DNA of 64,000 bases. It comes from Caldisericaceae bacterium. GTDB lineage: Bacteria; Caldisericota; Caldisericia; Caldisericales; Caldisericaceae. The DNA lies in assembly GCA_049967855.1 (NCBI GenBank), contig JBMFRX010000001.1, forward strand, positions 64,001 to 128,000. Direction: 5' to 3'. The position numbers and the translations under genes were made by a program. Below the pieces are notes generated by a model. It saw only the letters and a list, made by a program, of their open reading frames with translations. It was not told where the DNA came from and made no database searches. Of the stretch, positions 1 to 11,437 are shown piece by piece; the first letter of the stretch is position 1, and each line of letters opens with the position of its first letter.

Positions 1-2
1 AC

Positions 3-1790
3 TTTATCAAAGGGCCAGATTTTCCTACAGGTGGATATGTAATAGGTGAATCTGGAATAAAAGATTATTTCAACACTGGCAGGGGGAGTTTCAGAATAAG
101 GGGAAAATGGCACATAGAGGAAACAAAACACAAGACGCGAAATTTCGTAATTACTGAGTTGCCTTTCGAGGTGAACAAGGCAACACTGGTTGAAAAAATA
201 GCAAATTTAACCAAAGACAAGAAATTAAAAGGTGTAGAGGATATAAGAGATGAATCCGATAGAGACGGAATCAGAATTGTTATAAAAATTGCTCAGGATG
301 TTGACCCAAAGATTCTTGAAATATCCCTTGCAAATCAGACATCTTTTGAGGTAAGCTACGGAGTTATTTTGCTGGGCGTACTCGACAACTCTCCAAAAGT
401 ATTCACTTTAAAAGAGCTACTTTCTCATTTTCTTTCATTCAGGGCAGAGATCCTTCGAAAACAAACCGAATTTGAGCTGAATAAGGCAAAAAATCACTTA
501 ATGATTCTTGAAGGCTTAAGAAAAGCCATTCTGAATATCGATTCTGTGGTGAGCCTTATCAGGGGTTCAAAGGATACTCAAGAGGCTCTGATTGGTCTTA
601 TGAATATGCTATCTGCTAATGAGGCACAATGCAAAGCAATTCTTGATATGAGGTTGTCAAGACTCACAAGCCTCGAAATAAATAGACTTGAGGATGAGAT
701 TTCTTCGACAACTCAGGAAATTGAAAAACTTGAAAGGATACTTTCCGACAAGAGTATTTTCTGGAATGAGATAAGTGAAGACCTTAAAAGAATAGCCTTA
801 ACTTACCCAGGCGATAGAAAAACCCAGATTAAAGCTAAGGAAGAGCTGATTGATGCTGAAACACTTATAGAAGACAACCCTGTAATCATTACTGTTACAA
901 GAGATGGTTACGTAAAGAGGCTCCCACAAGACACATTCAGAATACAGGCAAGAGGCGGTAAGGGTGTGATAGGAAGCGTTTCTAATGAATTCGATTACCC
1001 TAAGGATATTATTGCAACTACAGCGAAGAGTAAAGTCCTGTTTTTTACTAATAAAGGAAGAGTATATGGTTTGAAAGCTTTTGAGATTCCTGAATCTGAT
1101 AGAGACCTTAAAGGGACTCCAATCCACCGCCTGTTACGCATTGACGAAAATGAAGTTTTCTCTGCAACAATCGCATTGTCAAAGGATATTGATGTAAGTA
1201 GTGTGGCTCTGATAACAAAGAAAGGTCTTGTAAAGAGAACCTCTATCAAGGCTTTTGAGACAATAAATACAAACGGAAAGATAGCTGTCTCTTTAACCGA
1301 AGGAGATGAAATTGTCTCAGTTACTTTCCTGAGGAATTCCGAAGAAATTATTATCGTAACCAATAATGGCTACACGATAAGATTTGATTCAGGCGATGTA
1401 AGGCTTGTGGGAAGAACTGCGCGTGGCGTAAAGGGTATCAATCTGTCTGCCGAGGATTTTGTTGTTGATGGTGAGACGGTGAAGGACAGCGATACTCTTT
1501 TGATAATTACTTCAAATGGGCGTGGTAAAAGGATCATTGTTTCTGAGTTGAGAAAAATCAAGCGTGGGGGAAAGGGAGTGCTTTGCCTGAGAACCACGGC
1601 TAAAACTGGTCCTGTAAGGGCGGTTAAAGTTCTTCATGGAGAAAAAAGCCTTTTCATTATGTCAAAAAAAGGAAAAGTTATTAAAATTGATGTTGAGAAG
1701 ATTCCTCTGCTCCACAGATTTACATCTGGAGTCAAGGTTATAAGTTTTGCACATAGTGAAGATGAGGTTGCATCAGTAACCGTTGGCTAA
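3..1790 (+). CDS. gyrA: DNA gyrase subunit A, 5'-truncated by window edge
   Basis: Frame open from base 3 (FIKGPDFPTGG), with PFEVNK, IRDESDRDG, ILDMRLSRLT, GyrA-box QARGGKG and C-terminal pinwheel repeats. Confidence 0.88.
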   Translation, partial: FIKGPDFPTGGYVIGESGIKDYFNTGRGSFRIRGKWHIEETKHKTRNFVITELPFEVNKATLVEKIANLTKDKKLKGVEDIRDESDRDGIRIVIKIAQDVDPKILEISLANQTSFEVSYGVILLGVLDNSPKVFTLKELLSHFLSFRAEILRKQTEFELNKAKNHLMILEGLRKAILNIDSVVSLIRGSKDTQEALIGLMNMLSANEAQCKAILDMRLSRLTSLEINRLEDEISSTTQEIEKLERILSDKSIFWNEISEDLKRIALTYPGDRKTQIKAKEELIDAETLIEDNPVIITVTRDGYVKRLPQDTFRIQARGGKGVIGSVSNEFDYPKDIIATTAKSKVLFFTNKGRVYGLKAFEIPESDRDLKGTPIHRLLRIDENEVFSATIALSKDIDVSSVALITKKGLVKRTSIKAFETINTNGKIAVSLTEGDEIVSVTFLRNSEEIIIVTNNGYTIRFDSGDVRLVGRTARGVKGINLSAEDFVVDGETVKDSDTLLIITSNGRGKRIIVSELRKIKRGGKGVLCLRTTAKTGPVRAVKVLHGEKSLFIMSKKGKVIKIDVEKIPLLHRFTSGVKVISFAHSEDEVASVTVG

Positions 1791-2824
1791 TGAATAAAGA
1801 GATAAGAACAGCTTTTTTTACTGCGTTGATTTTAGGGTTTACTGTAATAACCCTCTATTTGGTTTACGTTATGAGAGGTGTTTTCCCCCCAATAATATAT
1901 GGTGGTATAATTGCCTATTTCTTGTTGCCTGTTACGAATTTCTTCTCGAGAAAAATTCCTAGATCAATTGCAAGCATTTTGACTCTTTTGCTTTTTTTCC
2001 TTATCTTTGTGATTATTGGCTATCTGCTGTTTCCAATTATTATTCATGAATTAAACGAGCTCATAATCAGGTTGCCAGATTTTTACGTAAATTTGTCAAA
2101 TGCTTTGGATTCTGTAAGAAAACTAATCAATCCAACAGGAGGGAATAAATATTTCAATACAATTATACAAAAGTTCATCGAGACACTGCAAGCCCAGTCC
2201 TCCAACTTTGTTGAGAAAGCTATTAATTCTACAATAAGCAAGATATCGATTGTCTCCTCGTTTGTATTATCGTTGCTATTGTCTTTCTTTTTTATGAAAG
2301 ACTCGAAAGTACTCTTTAGAATTGTTCTTAGAAGGACCAGTGTTAGCAACAGAAAGAAAGTCAAATTCTTCCTCGAGAATACAAACAGAGACCTCAGAGC
2401 TTATTTTTCGACACTTCTCTTGATAAGTATTTTTACTGGTATCGTAATGGGGACTGCAAGCTCGATAGCTGGCATAAAGTATGCAGTGTTAATAGGAGTG
2501 CTTGATTCTCTCCTTGAAATGCTACCTTATATAGGACCTTTTGTTGTTTTCATTGTGGGCTCTATACTTTCACTTACAACTTCTTTCGGTGCTTTTATTG
2601 CGTTTGTAGTCATATTTGCTTTAATAGAAGGACTGCAGAATAGCGTTCTAACGCCTCATCTAATCGGAGGGAGACTCAAAATAACCCCAGTTATTGTTAT
2701 CTTGATGATTGCTGTCGGAGGCTCGTTGTTCGGCGCTCTTGGGGTAATAATTGCGACGCCAACTTTTCTAATAGCTCGCAACTTGGCTGTGTTTAATGCT
2801 TCAAACAGGATTTCGAATGACTAG
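1790..2824 (+). CDS. AI-2E family (PerM-like) membrane transporter
   Basis: Multi-TM; LPYIGP and P-x-L-I-G-x-R-L-K-I-T-P ... GGSLFGALGVIIATP motifs. Confidence 0.85.
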   Translation: MNKEIRTAFFTALILGFTVITLYLVYVMRGVFPPIIYGGIIAYFLLPVTNFFSRKIPRSIASILTLLLFFLIFVIIGYLLFPIIIHELNELIIRLPDFYVNLSNALDSVRKLINPTGGNKYFNTIIQKFIETLQAQSSNFVEKAINSTISKISIVSSFVLSLLLSFFFMKDSKVLFRIVLRRTSVSNRKKVKFFLENTNRDLRAYFSTLLLISIFTGIVMGTASSIAGIKYAVLIGVLDSLLEMLPYIGPFVVFIVGSILSLTTSFGAFIAFVVIFALIEGLQNSVLTPHLIGGRLKITPVIVILMIAVGGSLFGALGVIIATPTFLIARNLAVFNASNRISND

Positions 2825-4010
2825 ATTTGACATTTTTGCAAGCAGTCATTTAAACAGCCTCCTGAATTTTGAAAACAAGATTCACGCAAAAGAATTCTAT
2901 AAGTTCTATCTTATCTTTGCAAATGTAATTGACATTGCAAGCACTATATTTCTAATTGGCCTTGTAATCCTAATCATTATTGGGCTTTTTCGCCGTAATG
3001 CCAGGTTGACTAAGAAATACAAGCCCTCGAGAGTTGTAGCTGTGCTGACAGTGCATAATGAGGAAGACTCTATCGGCATTCTGATTGATTCATGTAAAAG
3101 CGCAAAGTTCGGTTCGATTTATGTTATAGCTGACCAGTGTACAGATCGCACAGTTGAGGCTGCCGAAGGCAGAGGTGTTGCTGTAATACCAGTTAGCAAG
3201 AAATCTAAATCGCTTGCTTTGAAAGAAGCGCTGCCTGCAATCATTTCTCGTGAGGGAGAGGAAGCATTTTATATGTTCTTTGATGCAGGAAACGCATTTC
3301 AAAGTACCATCGTTGACGAACTGATGCCATATATAGAGTCATATCCTGTTTTGCAGGTTAGAACAAGAAACCTGAATAACGATTCCTGGGTTTCCAGGAT
3401 GTACGTAATAATGAGTGGTTTCTACTTCAGGGTGCAAAACGCACTTATGAACCTTGGTATGTCGACGATACTTGCTGGCTTTGGATGGGGCGCTTATGGA
3501 TGGGTGCTGAAGAAATATCCACTGCAATGCAAAAGCATAGTTGATGACTTCGAATATACTCTTATTGTTAATATGTCTGTTGCGTACATCCCAACAATTT
3601 CTGTTTACGATGAAAAAACGGATAGCTTCAAAATATCCTTCAGGCAACGTCTACGGTGGTACAGAGGTTATTTTTTTGAATTATTTATGGATTTTAACCA
3701 TTTTAGGAACAAACCTTATTTAATCTTTATCCCTCTTTCTCTGCTTTTCTGGCTTATCTCTATTCTGGGGGTTTCCCGTTCTTTTAACTTGAATTTCCTG
3801 ATTTATTCTATTTTATTCAATTCTCTGATTTATCTTGCTGCTCTTGATGCACAGGATTTAAGAAACTTGAAATATTATGACTTATTAATCTTTTACTTCT
3901 TCAACTTAACTAACATCCTTGTCATTCTCTATGCTGTTTTTACTTTCAAAGATGTTAGTTGGTACAGGACTCCTCACAAAGGGATAGTTTTAAGCAAAAG
4001 GAAAGTTTAA
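2817..4010 (+). CDS. GT2-family membrane glycosyltransferase (processive-type QxxRW)
   Basis: VHNEE, VIADQCTD and QRLRW motifs, N- and C-terminal TM helices; start uncertain (2796 or 2817). Confidence 0.8.
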   Translation: MTRFDIFASSHLNSLLNFENKIHAKEFYKFYLIFANVIDIASTIFLIGLVILIIIGLFRRNARLTKKYKPSRVVAVLTVHNEEDSIGILIDSCKSAKFGSIYVIADQCTDRTVEAAEGRGVAVIPVSKKSKSLALKEALPAIISREGEEAFYMFFDAGNAFQSTIVDELMPYIESYPVLQVRTRNLNNDSWVSRMYVIMSGFYFRVQNALMNLGMSTILAGFGWGAYGWVLKKYPLQCKSIVDDFEYTLIVNMSVAYIPTISVYDEKTDSFKISFRQRLRWYRGYFFELFMDFNHFRNKPYLIFIPLSLLFWLISILGVSRSFNLNFLIYSILFNSLIYLAALDAQDLRNLKYYDLLIFYFFNLTNILVILYAVFTFKDVSWYRTPHKGIVLSKRKV

Positions 4011-4065
4011 AAGCCTTCTATAATAGATTGCTTGACTAAACAATGTATGTGACGCGTACAAGGTA

Positions 4066-4093
4066 TTGACTAATTTCTAATTTTCACTAAACT
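4066..4093 (+). promoter_or_regulatory. sigma70-type promoter of rplU-rpmA-obgE-nadD
   Basis: TTGACT-N16-TAAACT. Confidence 0.65.
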
Positions 4094-4106
4094 TAATAGG
4101 TTATAT

Positions 4107-4141
4107 CACTTGCAAGAGGTTTACCAGTACCTTTAGCAGTG
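4107..4141 (+). promoter_or_regulatory. Putative L21-leader-like RNA hairpin
   Basis: CACTTGC-AAGAGGT...ACCTT-TA-GCAGTG imperfect stem directly before the rplU RBS AAGGAGG. Confidence 0.5.
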
Positions 4142-4154
4142 GAAGGAGGTTAAT

Positions 4155-4475
4155 ATGGAAGCAATTATCAAAGCTGGCGGTCACCAGTATAGAGTGCACG
4201 AAGGTGACCAGATTAAGATTCAAAAGATTGATGGAGACGTAGGCCAGGCTGTGAAGTTCGACGAAGTCCTTTTGTTAAAAAAGGAAGAAGACATTGTAGT
4301 AGGCTCCCCGAAGGTAGAGAATGCATACGTCGAGGGTGCTATTGTGGAACAGGGCAGAGAAAAGAAAATTATAGTTTTCTTCTACAGGCACAAGACAAGA
4401 AACAGAAAGAAAAATGGGCATCGTCAGCCTTATACGCTTGTCAAGATTAACAGAATTGTCGGAGGTGAAGGCTAA
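4155..4475 (+). CDS. rplU: 50S ribosomal protein L21
   Basis: [12 protein letters not shown] ... GHRQPYT. Confidence 0.97.
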   Translation: MEAIIKAGGHQYRVHEGDQIKIQKIDGDVGQAVKFDEVLLLKKEEDIVVGSPKVENAYVEGAIVEQGREKKIIVFFYRHKTRNRKKNGHRQPYTLVKINRIVGGEG

Positions 4476-4729
4476 TGGCAAGAAAGAGAGCAAAAGTCAA
4501 CGGAAGAGATAGCAACCCTCATTATCTGGGTGTGAAGCTTTATGACGGAGAAACTGCTAAAAGCGGCAGCATTATTGTCAGGCAAAGAGGAGAAAGAATC
4601 AAACCTGGCAAAAATGTAGGCGAGGGAAGAGATTTTACTTTATTTGCTCTTGCTGAGGGGATGGTTAAGTTCCTTAAGAAAAGAGACAAAACTTTTGTAG
4701 AAATTATTAAAGGTGATCAAAACGCCTAA
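4475..4729 (+). CDS. rpmA: 50S ribosomal protein L27
   Basis: [25 protein letters not shown]. Confidence 0.96.
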   Translation: MARKRAKVNGRDSNPHYLGVKLYDGETAKSGSIIVRQRGERIKPGKNVGEGRDFTLFALAEGMVKFLKKRDKTFVEIIKGDQNA

Positions 4730-6014
4730 AAAATCTCTTATAGACCATGCTTACATCACCGTAAGAAGCGGAAATGGCGGTGATGGAGCAGTCAGTTTTC
4801 GAAGAGAGAAGTTTGTTCCACGCGGAGGCCCAGATGGCGGAAGTGGCGGAAAAGGAGGTAGTGTTTTTATTAAGGCTACCTCCTCTCTTAATACTCTCTC
4901 AAACTTTATCTATAGAAAGCACTTTTTTGCAAAGAACGGCGAAAACGGTGGTTCAAGGAACAAAGCTGGCAGGGACGCAGAAGATATTGAGATATTAGTT
5001 CCTGTCGGGACAACGGTTATTGATAGAGATTCTGGTCTGTTAATAAAAGATCTTGATAAAGATGGAGAATCGGCAATCGTTGCGAAAGGCGGCAAAGGCG
5101 GAAAAGGTAATAAAAGCTTTGCAACATCAAGGGATCAGGCTCCTCGTTACAGTGAAAAAGGTGAGCCAGGCGAGGAGAAGCAGCTGGAATTGGTTCTCAA
5201 AATACTTTCTGATGTAGGTGTGATAGGTGCGCCAAATGCTGGTAAATCGACTCTGCTTTCGCAGGTTTCTAATGCCAAGCCCACTATAGCAAATTACCCG
5301 TTTACGACGCTTTCACCAAAAATTGGTACTGTAAAGCTAGAAGACGGATCTTCTTTCGTAATTGCAGACCTCCCAGGTTTGATAGAAGGCGCAAGTGCTG
5401 GCAAAGGGATGGGAGTTGAGTTTCTATCACATGTGGAAAGAACAAAACTTCTATTGCTTTTGATTGATGGCTCTGATAGGAAAGCCATAAGAGCAACTTA
5501 TGAAATGCTCTTAAGCGAACTTGAGGCTTTCAAGAGCGAACTGTTATATAAACCGCGTGTGGTTGTTATTAACAAGATAGATACCTGGAAGGTTAAGCGA
5601 ACAAAAGAGATTGAAAACTTCTTTGAAGATAGAGGAGAGAGAGTTTTCTTTATTTCTGCGAAAAATAGAATTGGTTTAGGCTCTCTTATTCAGAGTTTGA
5701 ATCAGATTCTCAAGAGTATGAGAGTAAGCAAGGAACCTGTGAACGAAGAGAAAGTTTACAGTATCGACCGTAAGGAAAGAAAAGAAAGGAAACTTATCAT
5801 AGAAAAAGTTGATGAGAATACTTTCAAGGTGACTAATAAGGAATTGGAAAGGTACGTTGAGCTTGCTGACTTCAAACGTTCTGAGAGCCTGCACAGTTTA
5901 TGGCAGTATTTCAATAAAATAGAACTTGAGAAGGAATTGCTGAAAAGTGGCATCAAAGATGGCGATAGAGTAGTGATAGGAGAAAAGTCTTTCACATTTA
6001 GAAAAGATGAGTAA
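4713..6014 (+). CDS. obgE: GTPase ObgE/CgtA
   Basis: Gly-rich Obg fold ([15 protein letters not shown]), [21 protein letters not shown]. Confidence 0.96.
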   Translation: MIKTPKKSLIDHAYITVRSGNGGDGAVSFRREKFVPRGGPDGGSGGKGGSVFIKATSSLNTLSNFIYRKHFFAKNGENGGSRNKAGRDAEDIEILVPVGTTVIDRDSGLLIKDLDKDGESAIVAKGGKGGKGNKSFATSRDQAPRYSEKGEPGEEKQLELVLKILSDVGVIGAPNAGKSTLLSQVSNAKPTIANYPFTTLSPKIGTVKLEDGSSFVIADLPGLIEGASAGKGMGVEFLSHVERTKLLLLLIDGSDRKAIRATYEMLLSELEAFKSELLYKPRVVVINKIDTWKVKRTKEIENFFEDRGERVFFISAKNRIGLGSLIQSLNQILKSMRVSKEPVNEEKVYSIDRKERKERKLIIEKVDENTFKVTNKELERYVELADFKRSESLHSLWQYFNKIELEKELLKSGIKDGDRVVIGEKSFTFRKDE

Positions 6015-6603
6015 GATAGGTATATTCGGCGGAGCTTTTAACCCAATCCACAATGGGCACCTTTTTATTGCAAAAGAGTCTTTAGAAATATTTGGCTTGG
6101 ATAAAGTTATCTTTGTTCCAACTGGGAATCCTGTTTTTAAAAAGGAAGATCTTTTGGATAAATACGTGAGAGCTAATCTAGTAGAGATTGCAATAAAAGA
6201 TGAGCCAGGCTTTGAGATTTCTTACTTTGAAATAAATCGCGACGAGCCTTCGTATTATATTGAAACACTTCTATTTTTCAGAGAGTCTTTTGATGACATT
6301 TACTCTATAATCGGGGAAGACGCATTTGTTTTTTTCCATAAGTGGAAAAACCCGCAAGAGATTTTGAACAACAGCAAAATGATAATTGCAGAGAGATTTG
6401 AAGACAATTTCGCGGGTACTAAGAGTTATATCAGCGAGTATTTCAAACAATATGAGAAAAATATTTCCTTTTTAACGCATCCCTTTTACAGAGTATCCTC
6501 AACTGTTGTAAGAGAACGCATAAAGCAAGGCAAACATATTGATTATCTTGTCCCTGATGCTTTGAAAAGAATAATTCTTTCCAAGGGATACTACAAAGTT
6601 TGA
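6007..6603 (+). CDS. nadD: Nicotinate-nucleotide adenylyltransferase
   Basis: GGAFNPIHNGH, SSTVVR; typical position after obgE. Confidence 0.93.
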   Translation: MSKIGIFGGAFNPIHNGHLFIAKESLEIFGLDKVIFVPTGNPVFKKEDLLDKYVRANLVEIAIKDEPGFEISYFEINRDEPSYYIETLLFFRESFDDIYSIIGEDAFVFFHKWKNPQEILNNSKMIIAERFEDNFAGTKSYISEYFKQYEKNISFLTHPFYRVSSTVVRERIKQGKHIDYLVPDALKRIILSKGYYKV

Positions 6604-6825
6604 ACCAATAAGAGAGCCGAGAGACTTTTATAAAGCATCTTGGAGCTCGCTTTTACAGCAGTTCACAGTTATTCATCTATTTTGATGCAAAGTCAATCAA
6701 TTGTTTTTATAGAAACTTGAAAAATTCTTTAAAAAAGTCCTCAAAACCTATTGCAAATTTTCTGAATCTTTAAATAATTAAATCAAGAAGTATTTAGTTA
6801 TTATTTAAAGAAGGAGGAATGCAGA

Positions 6826-6942
6826 ATGGCAGAGAAGAAAGTAGTAAAGAAAGAAGAGAAGAAGCCAGTCGCAAAGGCAACTGTCGCCAAAAAAGCTGCT
6901 CCAAAGAAAACTGCTGCAAAGCCTAAAACAACAAAGAAATAG
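6826..6942 (+). CDS. 38-aa Lys/Ala/Pro-rich histone-H1-like small protein (not in ORF track)
   Basis: AAGGAGG RBS at 6811-6817; MAEKKVVKKEEKKPVAKATVAKKAAPKKTAAKPKTTKK*. Confidence 0.75.
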   Translation: MAEKKVVKKEEKKPVAKATVAKKAAPKKTAAKPKTTKK

Positions 6943-6994
6943 CATTTTTCAGGCTTACAGTTAGTGGAGTAACTAATGACGGAGGGAGGGCTGC

Positions 6995-8377
6995 ATGAGC
7001 AGGGTAACTAGTGTGATAGAAGATGAGAGAATACATTACCTGAATAATCTATCACCGAGGAAGGGGAAATATGTTTTATATTGGATGCAGTCCTCTCAAA
7101 GGACTAGTTTCAATCATGCTTTGACATTCGCGATTGAAAGAGCCAACGAACTTTATGTTCCTTTGGTAGTCCTTTTTATTGTTAAGAGAAATTTCCAGGA
7201 AGAAAACGCAAGGCATTTCCTGTTTTTGCTCCAGGGGTTAAGAGATGTTTGGGAAAGTCTCTCTAAGAAAGGTATACGTTTTGTTGTAAAAATGGAAGAG
7301 CCTTTAGACGCAGTAAAGGAAATTGCCAAAAATGCTTGTCTTGTTGTTACTGATACAGGATACTTAGGAGCCGACAGGCAACTCAATAAATCTCTTGCAG
7401 AGCAAGTTGATTGTGAATTTGTGCAGATTGAAAGTGACGTTGTAGTTCCAGTTGAGGCTGTATCTGCCAAGGAGGAATATGCTGCTTTCACTATTAGAAG
7501 GAAAATAGAAAAGCAACTGCCAGCGTTCCTCAGGAGTTTTGATGAGGGTCAAATCCGAGTGAGGTCAAGTTTTGTAAATTTCAACATTTTGTCTTTCGAT
7601 GTCAGAGACCCTGAAAAGGCTCTCAGAAGTGCAAAGTTATTTGATGAATACGTTATAAATTCAGACCGCTTTCGAGGAGGCGAGCAAGAGGCTCATATCA
7701 AACTGAAAGATTTCATCGAGAGCAAACTTGAGAAATATCCAACGTTAAGGAACGATCCACTGGCTGATGTCACCTCAAACCTAAGTCCATATTTGGCTTT
7801 TGGGCATATCTCTCCAATTGAAGTAGCTTTGGATGTCTTGAAAGCTGATAAGGAAAATAAGTTTGCCCAGCAATTCATTGAGGAGCTCATTGTTCGCAGA
7901 GAACTTGCTTTCAACTTTGTTTACTACAACAAGCGCTATCGTTCTTTAGACTCTGTTCCAGAATGGGCGCAGAGAACACTTAGCAAACACGCCTTTGATA
8001 AGAGAGGTTATGTTTATTCATCAGATGATTTTGAAAATGCTAATACGCATGATTTGGTTTGGAATGCCGCCCAGAAAGAACTTGTGAAAACGGGTAAAAT
8101 TAATGGTTACATAAGAATGTACTGGGGAAAGAAGATACTCGAATGGGCTGAGAATCCTTCAAAAGCTTACAAGATATCTCTGTACCTGAATAATAAGTAT
8201 GCACTTGACGGTAATTCTCCTAATTCCTTTGCAGGGATTGCGTGGTGTTTCGGAAAACACGACAGGCCTTTTAAGGAAAGACCGATTTTTGGAATGGTAA
8301 GATATATGAGTAAAGAAGCTCTTGAAAGGCATTTTGATATTAGCAAGTACATTGAAAAAGTAAATTCATTGGAGTAG
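6995..8377 (+). CDS. phr: Class II CPD DNA photolyase
   Basis: YWMQSSQR, SNLSPYLAFGHIS, EELIVRREL, GYIRMYWGKKILEW, GKHDRPF. Confidence 0.93.
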   Translation: MSRVTSVIEDERIHYLNNLSPRKGKYVLYWMQSSQRTSFNHALTFAIERANELYVPLVVLFIVKRNFQEENARHFLFLLQGLRDVWESLSKKGIRFVVKMEEPLDAVKEIAKNACLVVTDTGYLGADRQLNKSLAEQVDCEFVQIESDVVVPVEAVSAKEEYAAFTIRRKIEKQLPAFLRSFDEGQIRVRSSFVNFNILSFDVRDPEKALRSAKLFDEYVINSDRFRGGEQEAHIKLKDFIESKLEKYPTLRNDPLADVTSNLSPYLAFGHISPIEVALDVLKADKENKFAQQFIEELIVRRELAFNFVYYNKRYRSLDSVPEWAQRTLSKHAFDKRGYVYSSDDFENANTHDLVWNAAQKELVKTGKINGYIRMYWGKKILEWAENPSKAYKISLYLNNKYALDGNSPNSFAGIAWCFGKHDRPFKERPIFGMVRYMSKEALERHFDISKYIEKVNSLE

Positions 8378-8410
8378 GCTTTGTTGATTACTCCTCCTTT
8401 TAAATATAAT

Positions 8411-8432
8411 AGCCCCCGCTTTTGCGGGGGCT
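8411..8432. terminator. Bidirectional intrinsic terminator between phr and groEL
   Basis: AGCCCCCGC-TTTT-GCGGGGGCT perfect hairpin between convergent genes. Confidence 0.85.
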
Positions 8433-8454
8433 AAACAAACTTTATTCCCTAAAA

Positions 8455-10074
<1,620 letters not shown>

Positions 10075-10081
10075 TCACCTC

Positions 10082-10372
10082 CTACTTTAGAATTGCAAGT
10101 ACATCGCTCTCTGAGATGATAAGATACTTCTCTTCATCGAGCTTCAGCTCTGTTCCGGCATACTTTGAGAATATTACAGTATCTCCTGCTTTTACTTCCA
10201 ATGGAAGCTTCTGTCCATTCTCAAGAACTCTGCCAGAGCCTACCGCAATAACTTTGCCTTTTTGTGGCTTCTCTTTTGCTGTGTCAGGGAGTACAATCCC
10301 TCCCTTTGTCTTCTCTTCACTTTCTTCAAGCTTTACAACAATGTGCTCATTAATAGGTACAATTTCTGCCAT
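10082..10372 (-). CDS. groS: Co-chaperonin GroES
   Basis: [23 protein letters not shown]; start after AAAGGAGG RBS. Confidence 0.97.
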   Translation of the reverse strand: MAEIVPINEHIVVKLEESEEKTKGGIVLPDTAKEKPQKGKVIAVGSGRVLENGQKLPLEVKAGDTVIFSKYAGTELKLDEEKYLIISESDVLAILK

Positions 10373-10406
10373 AAATAAGCCTCCTTTCAATAATTTTTGA
10401 GATTTT

Positions 10407-10433
10407 TTAGCACTCTTAATATCTGAGTGCTAA
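10407..10433. promoter_or_regulatory. CIRCE element (HrcA operator)
   Basis: Perfect TTAGCACTC-N9-GAGTGCTAA upstream of groS. Confidence 0.97.
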
Positions 10434-10436
10434 CTA

Positions 10437-10464
10437 ATTATACAAAATATGTTTGTCTTGTCAA
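10437..10464 (-). promoter_or_regulatory. groESL promoter
   Basis: TTGACA-N16-TATAAT on minus strand. Confidence 0.85.
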
Positions 10465-10482
10465 GAGGCTTTCACTAACTTT

Positions 10483-10686
10483 TTAGGACTGCTTGTTTTG
10501 CTTGTAATAATCGTCTTCTTTGGTCAACTCGTCTAGCCAATCTTTCACTTTCCAGTCAAGGGCTGTTTCTGTTACTGATGCAAAGATAGCCTTTGGAAGC
10601 TTTTCATTGGCCTTGTAGATTTTTAGGAATTCAATTATTTCCTCGTTTGAGAAACCAGCAAGCAGAATAAATTTCTTTTCTTCCAT
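10483..10686 (-). CDS. Small conserved hypothetical protein (DUF3783-like)
   Basis: ILLAGFS...IFASVTETALDWKVKDWLDEL; AAGGAGG RBS. Confidence 0.65.
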   Translation of the reverse strand: MEEKKFILLAGFSNEEIIEFLKIYKANEKLPKAIFASVTETALDWKVKDWLDELTKEDDYYKQNKQS

Positions 10687-10822
10687 ATTGCCTCCTTAGT
10701 ATTTTTGTAAAACAATTATACCATTTACTGAGTATTATTCATATTTTGATTTTCCTCAATTCACCTCTTGACAGAATTCATATAATTCGTATTATAGTAG
10801 TTGCTGGATTTACAGGTGAGCT

Positions 10823-10898
10823 GGGCCGTTAGCTCAGGAGGTAGAGCACCGGCCTTTTAAGCCGGGTGTCGCAGGTTCGAGCCCTGCACGGCTCACCA
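10823..10898 (+). tRNA. tRNA-Lys(TTT)
   Basis: Cloverleaf, anticodon arm CCGGC-CT-TTT-AA-GCCGG, CCA end. Confidence 0.96.
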
Positions 10899-10902
10899 AA
10901 AA

Positions 10903-10977
10903 GCCCTCGTAGTCTAACGGTTAGGACATCGCCCTTTCAAGGCGGCGATAGGAGTCCGACTCTCCTCGAGGGCACCA
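10903..10977 (+). tRNA. tRNA-Glu(TTC)
   Basis: Anticodon arm TCGCC-CT-TTC-AA-GGCGG, CCA end; atypical T-loop TCCGACT. Confidence 0.93.
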
Positions 10978-10982
10978 TGCTT

Positions 10983-11057
10983 GGGCGGATGGCTCAGCGG
11001 TAGAGCACTTCCCTCACACGGAAGGGGTCACAGGTTCGAATCCTGTTTCGCCCACCA
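10983..11057 (+). tRNA. tRNA-Val(CAC)
   Basis: CTTCC-CT-CAC-AC-GGAAG, GGTTCGAATCC, CCA. Confidence 0.96.
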
Positions 11058-11141
11058 ATCATTGTTGATATTGCAAAAATATTCTAAATTTGTATAATAA
11101 ATGCGAGTTAGCAGTCAAAAGAGGTTAGCTTCCTCATTTGC

Positions 11142-11218
11142 GGGGTCGTGGTGTAGCGGTTTAGCACGCTGGCCTGTCACGCCGGAGACCGTGGGTTCGA
11201 ATCCCATCGATCCCGCCA
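11142..11218 (+). tRNA. tRNA-Asp(GTC)
   Basis: CTGGC-CT-GTC-AC-GCCGG, GGTTCGAATCC, CCA. Confidence 0.96.
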
Positions 11219-11226
11219 AAATTAAA

Positions 11227-11301
11227 GCGGGAGTAGCTCAGAGGTAGAGCACTGCCTTGCCAAGGCAGCTGTCGCGGGTTCAAGTCCCGTCTTCCGCTCC
11301 A
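11227..11301 (+). tRNA. tRNA-Gly(GCC)
   Basis: CTGCC-TT-GCC-AA-GGCAG, CCA. Confidence 0.96.
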
Positions 11302-11324
11302 TTTTTATTTTGTGGGTTAATTTG

Positions 11325-11400
11325 GCCGGCGTAGCTCAGTTGGTAGAGCAGCTGATTCGTAATCAGCGGGTCGTCTGTTCAAGTCAGATCGCCGGCTCCA
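11325..11400 (+). tRNA. tRNA-Thr(CGT)
   Basis: GCTGA-TT-CGT-AA-TCAGC, CCA. Confidence 0.96.
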
Positions 11401-11437
11401 TGATAGCGTGAAAAAATCTTGTGTTTTGGAGGTTTGA

